Source: Lama guanicoe (taxonomy: Eukaryota). Taken from it: a DNA stretch of 64,000 nt. Below, in pieces: positions 61,331-64,000 of the stretch. The stretch covers positions 1,355,509-1,419,508 of the forward strand of contig MU054220.1 of NCBI GenBank assembly GCA_013239625.1, written 5' to 3'. Under the pieces are notes generated by a model. The model did not search any database, had not been told where the DNA came from, and saw only the letters and a program-made list of their open reading frames with translations. The translations under genes were made by a program, and so were the position numbers. Position 1 is the stretch's first letter. Each line of letters starts with the position of its first letter.

Positions 61331-61734
61331 AAATCTCTGCCTTCTTGGCTGACTCACAGGGACACCGAAGATAAAATGTGACAGCAATTGATAACTCACT
61401 ATGTAACTATGACATGTTATTATAATTATTTTCTAACAGCATTGAGAAAATCCAGGTCAGGTCTCATTCCCTCTTTTGGCAGGCTGCCCTAATTTACTGC
61501 AACATAATGTTTCCTCGAAGAGCCAGCTTCAATCTGGACATCCCTCTTAGCAGAAAGAATTCATTCTGACTATGATTGAAAATATGAATCCAAGAAGCAA
61601 AGAATGTGTATTTCCTATTTCTGTTGTTATCCTGGAGAAATAGGAAGAAGAGGGCAATTTTTAAGGAGTTTTCTGGGACAAACTGTTTAAAAGGTAAAGT
61701 CTGAAGGGTAGAAGGTTATTTTAAGATCAACCTT

Positions 61735-61920
61735 GAGTCTGAAACCTAGATTTGACATATATTGGTTGTGGGACCTTCAACAAGTCAAAATCAATTTCTC
61801 TTGCCTTCAATGTCCAAATCTGTAAAACAGCCCTTGTAGTATTCATCTTATAAGGTAGTCTGAGGATTAAATGAAATAATCAACAAAACATGCCTGGAAT
61901 CATGTCTGGTACACAGCAGA
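61735..61920 (+). mobile_element. MIR SINE
   Basis: ATCTGTAAAA..TGAGGATTAAATGAAATAAT. Confidence 0.7.
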
Positions 61921-61944
61921 CTCTCTACAAGTTACATAGCCGAT

Positions 61945-62620
61945 TGTGGAAGACATGCCCTGGGTATGCGTGGGCGCTTTGACTTGCTTGGAACCAGCAG
62001 AATGTGGCGAATGTGATTAGTGTTACAATTATACACACAAGGTTCCGCCTGGTTAGCACACACTGCAGAGATTTGCTCTCCATTACTAGCTTGGAAGAAG
62101 TAAACTGCTGTGTTGCGAGGGGGCTTACGGAGAGAGCCACCTGGCAAGGAGTTGTCGGCAGCCTCTAGTAGCTAAAAGTAGCCTTAGCTTATGACCAACA
62201 AGAAAACAGAAACCTCAGTCACACAATCGTAAGGACATAAATTCTACCAACAACCTGAATGATCTTGGAAATTAACTCTTCCCACGTGGAGCCTGCAGAC
62301 TGAACTACGTCATAGCCCAGCTGCCTCCTTAATTACTGCTTGCTGAGCTCCTGGACAGATGACCCAGCTAAGCCAAGCCAGGCTCCTGACACATAGGACT
62401 GTGAGATAACAAATGTACTGCTTTAGCGGGGAGGGTATAGCTCTAGTGGTAGAGTGCGTGCTTAGCATGCATGAGGTCCTGGGTTCAATCCCCAGTACCC
62501 CCCTAAAAGTAAATAAATAAATAAACCTAATTAACCCCCCCAAATAAATTTTTAAAAATGTATTGCTTTAAACCTCTGGATTTGTGGTAATTTGTTACAC
62601 GGCAATACAAAGCCAATGCA
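61945..62620 (+). mobile_element. ERVL-MaLR LTR (MLT1E/F-like)
   Basis: CAGCCTCTAG..AAACCTCAGTC..CAACAACCTGAATGA..TGTGGTAATTTGTTACACGGCAATA. Confidence 0.85.
62428..62555 (+). mobile_element. Camelid-type tRNA-Ala SINE in MLT1
   Basis: TSD AAATGTA(C/T)TGCTTTA 62411-62425 / 62556-62570. Confidence 0.96.
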
Positions 62621-62689
62621 TTACATAAAGCAGATATCTCAGACTCACCATCTGCACATTGCTTACAATGAACAAGCTCACCTCCATTT

Positions 62690-63000
62690 CACCAAGGTTT
62701 ACAGAGCACCCACTATCCAGCTGGGGCCAAATCAAAGGATAAGAGACTGAGCCTGCCTTGGAAGAGCTAAAGGTCAGTGGAGGAGACAGAGAAGAAAACA
62801 AAAAAAGGACAATAAAAGGAGGTAAGTGCTGTGATCGAGATAGCAGAGCTTCACATTTCATAAAGAATCTGGCTAGGTTAGGAATTAGGCAGGCGGAGGA
62901 GGAGGAAAGGTCTTCCAGGCGGATGGGCTGGCACACACAAAATCATGGGGATGAGAGGGTACCACCTGTACCTCAGGAAAATCAAGCTGTTGATATAGGA
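62690..63000 (-). mobile_element. L2 fragment
   Basis: TTTACAGAGCACCCACTAT..GAGCCTGCCTTGGAAGAGCT..TAAGTGCTGTGAT. Confidence 0.65.
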
Positions 63001-63282
63001 AGTTTTTTTCTGGACAGAAGCATTTCAAAGGGATTGGAAGGTGACCTCAGCAGGGCCAATGAGTGTGTCTCTCAGAAGCTGATACATGAGCAATGGGAGA
63101 AAGAACATCTCTTCTGGATGGCATGAGGAAGCTGGAATTCTCTAAGTCCAGAGCAGCCATCTTCCCCGGGACACACAGAAGAGAACAGTTTGGAGTAGGA
63201 AAGAATGAACTCCAAATATGCCCAAAGGAGCAGAGTCGAATTATGGAAAGAGTGAGGGAGCTGGAGAGAGAGAAGATCATTT

Positions 63283-63416
63283 TATCTTTTTGTTGGGGGG
63301 GGTACTTAGATTTATTTATTTTTAACGTATTTTTTTTAACAGAGGTACTGGGGGTTGAACCCAGGACTCTGTGCATGCTAAGCATGCACTCTACCACTGA
63401 GGTATACCCTCCCTCT
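63283..63416 (-). mobile_element. Camelid-type tRNA-Ala SINE
   Basis: TSD GAAGATCATTT 63272-63282 / 63417-63427. Confidence 0.95.
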
Positions 63417-63454
63417 GAAGATCATTTGATCTTGATCAGATCAATCGAAATATG

Positions 63455-63806
63455 ATGTTCAATCGAAATATAATGTAAGCCATAAACGCTAGCTATCGTA
63501 TGCAATTTTAAGTTTCTAGTGGCAATGTTAACAAAAGGAAAAGGAAACAAATGAAATTAATTTTCATGTTATATTGTATTTAATCCAACATTTCCAAAAT
63601 ATTATTTCAACATGTAATGAATATCAAAGATCATTCATGACATAGTTTTCTCTTTTTTCTATTATGTCTTTGAAAGCTGGCATATATTTCACATCCCATT
63701 TGAATCTGCGCTAACCACATTTAAAGTGTTCAACAAAAAAGAAAAGGAAAAAAGTGCTCAACAGCCACACGTGGCTAGTGGCTGCTTTATATGCCACACG
63801 GCTCTA
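63455..63806. mobile_element. MER33/MER3-like DNA transposon
   Basis: TCAATCGAAATATAATGTAAGCCA...CTCAACAGCCACACGTGGCTAGTGGCT. Confidence 0.85.
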
Positions 63807-64000
63807 GATTCATTCCTGCTAAATTCTTATTCTTTGATTTCTTAGACTCAATATTTGTATATTTGGCATTCCTTAGTCATAGGGCCAAACTCACAGCTGA
63901 AGTTGTTTCCATCTCCTCTGAGATCCAGAGCTCACATTCTGAAATCACCTCCTTTATCTAACTCTCATTCACCAAGCCATTATTTCACCTGTCCCAAATC

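Noticed and set aside
1..64000. CRISPR-like arrays, prokaryotic or viral genes, NUMT, processed pseudogene
   Set aside because: No regularly spaced repeats, no gene-dense segment, and no mitochondrial or mRNA-like stretch recognised; the dispersed repeats are SINE, LINE, LTR and DNA-transposon copies

Overview
Mammalian non-coding DNA, very likely camelid (camel/alpaca/llama). It carries about 18 copies of a tRNA-Ala(AGC)-derived SINE with the AAATAAATAAACCTAATTACCTCCCCC tail typical of the camelid Vic-1-type family, and about 15 young cetartiodactyl-type L1 3' ends. These sit on an ancient eutherian background of MIR, L2, MER5/MER3/MER45/MER58/Charlie/Tigger DNA transposons, MLT/LTR33 LTRs and a ~5.5 kb decayed L1MC-type element. 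I found no protein-coding gene, true tRNA gene or CRISPR-like array; the only ORFs with recognisable protein similarity are L1 ORF1/ORF2 remnants. I cannot support a new biological system here. The best leads are retrotransposition oddities (a SINE with a probable 3' transduction inside one TSD, orphan poly(A) insertions, a probable L1-associated deletion) and a few candidate regulatory or exon modules in repeat-free islands. Repeat family names come from my recall of consensus sequences, not a search, and boundaries are approximate except where TSDs are quoted.
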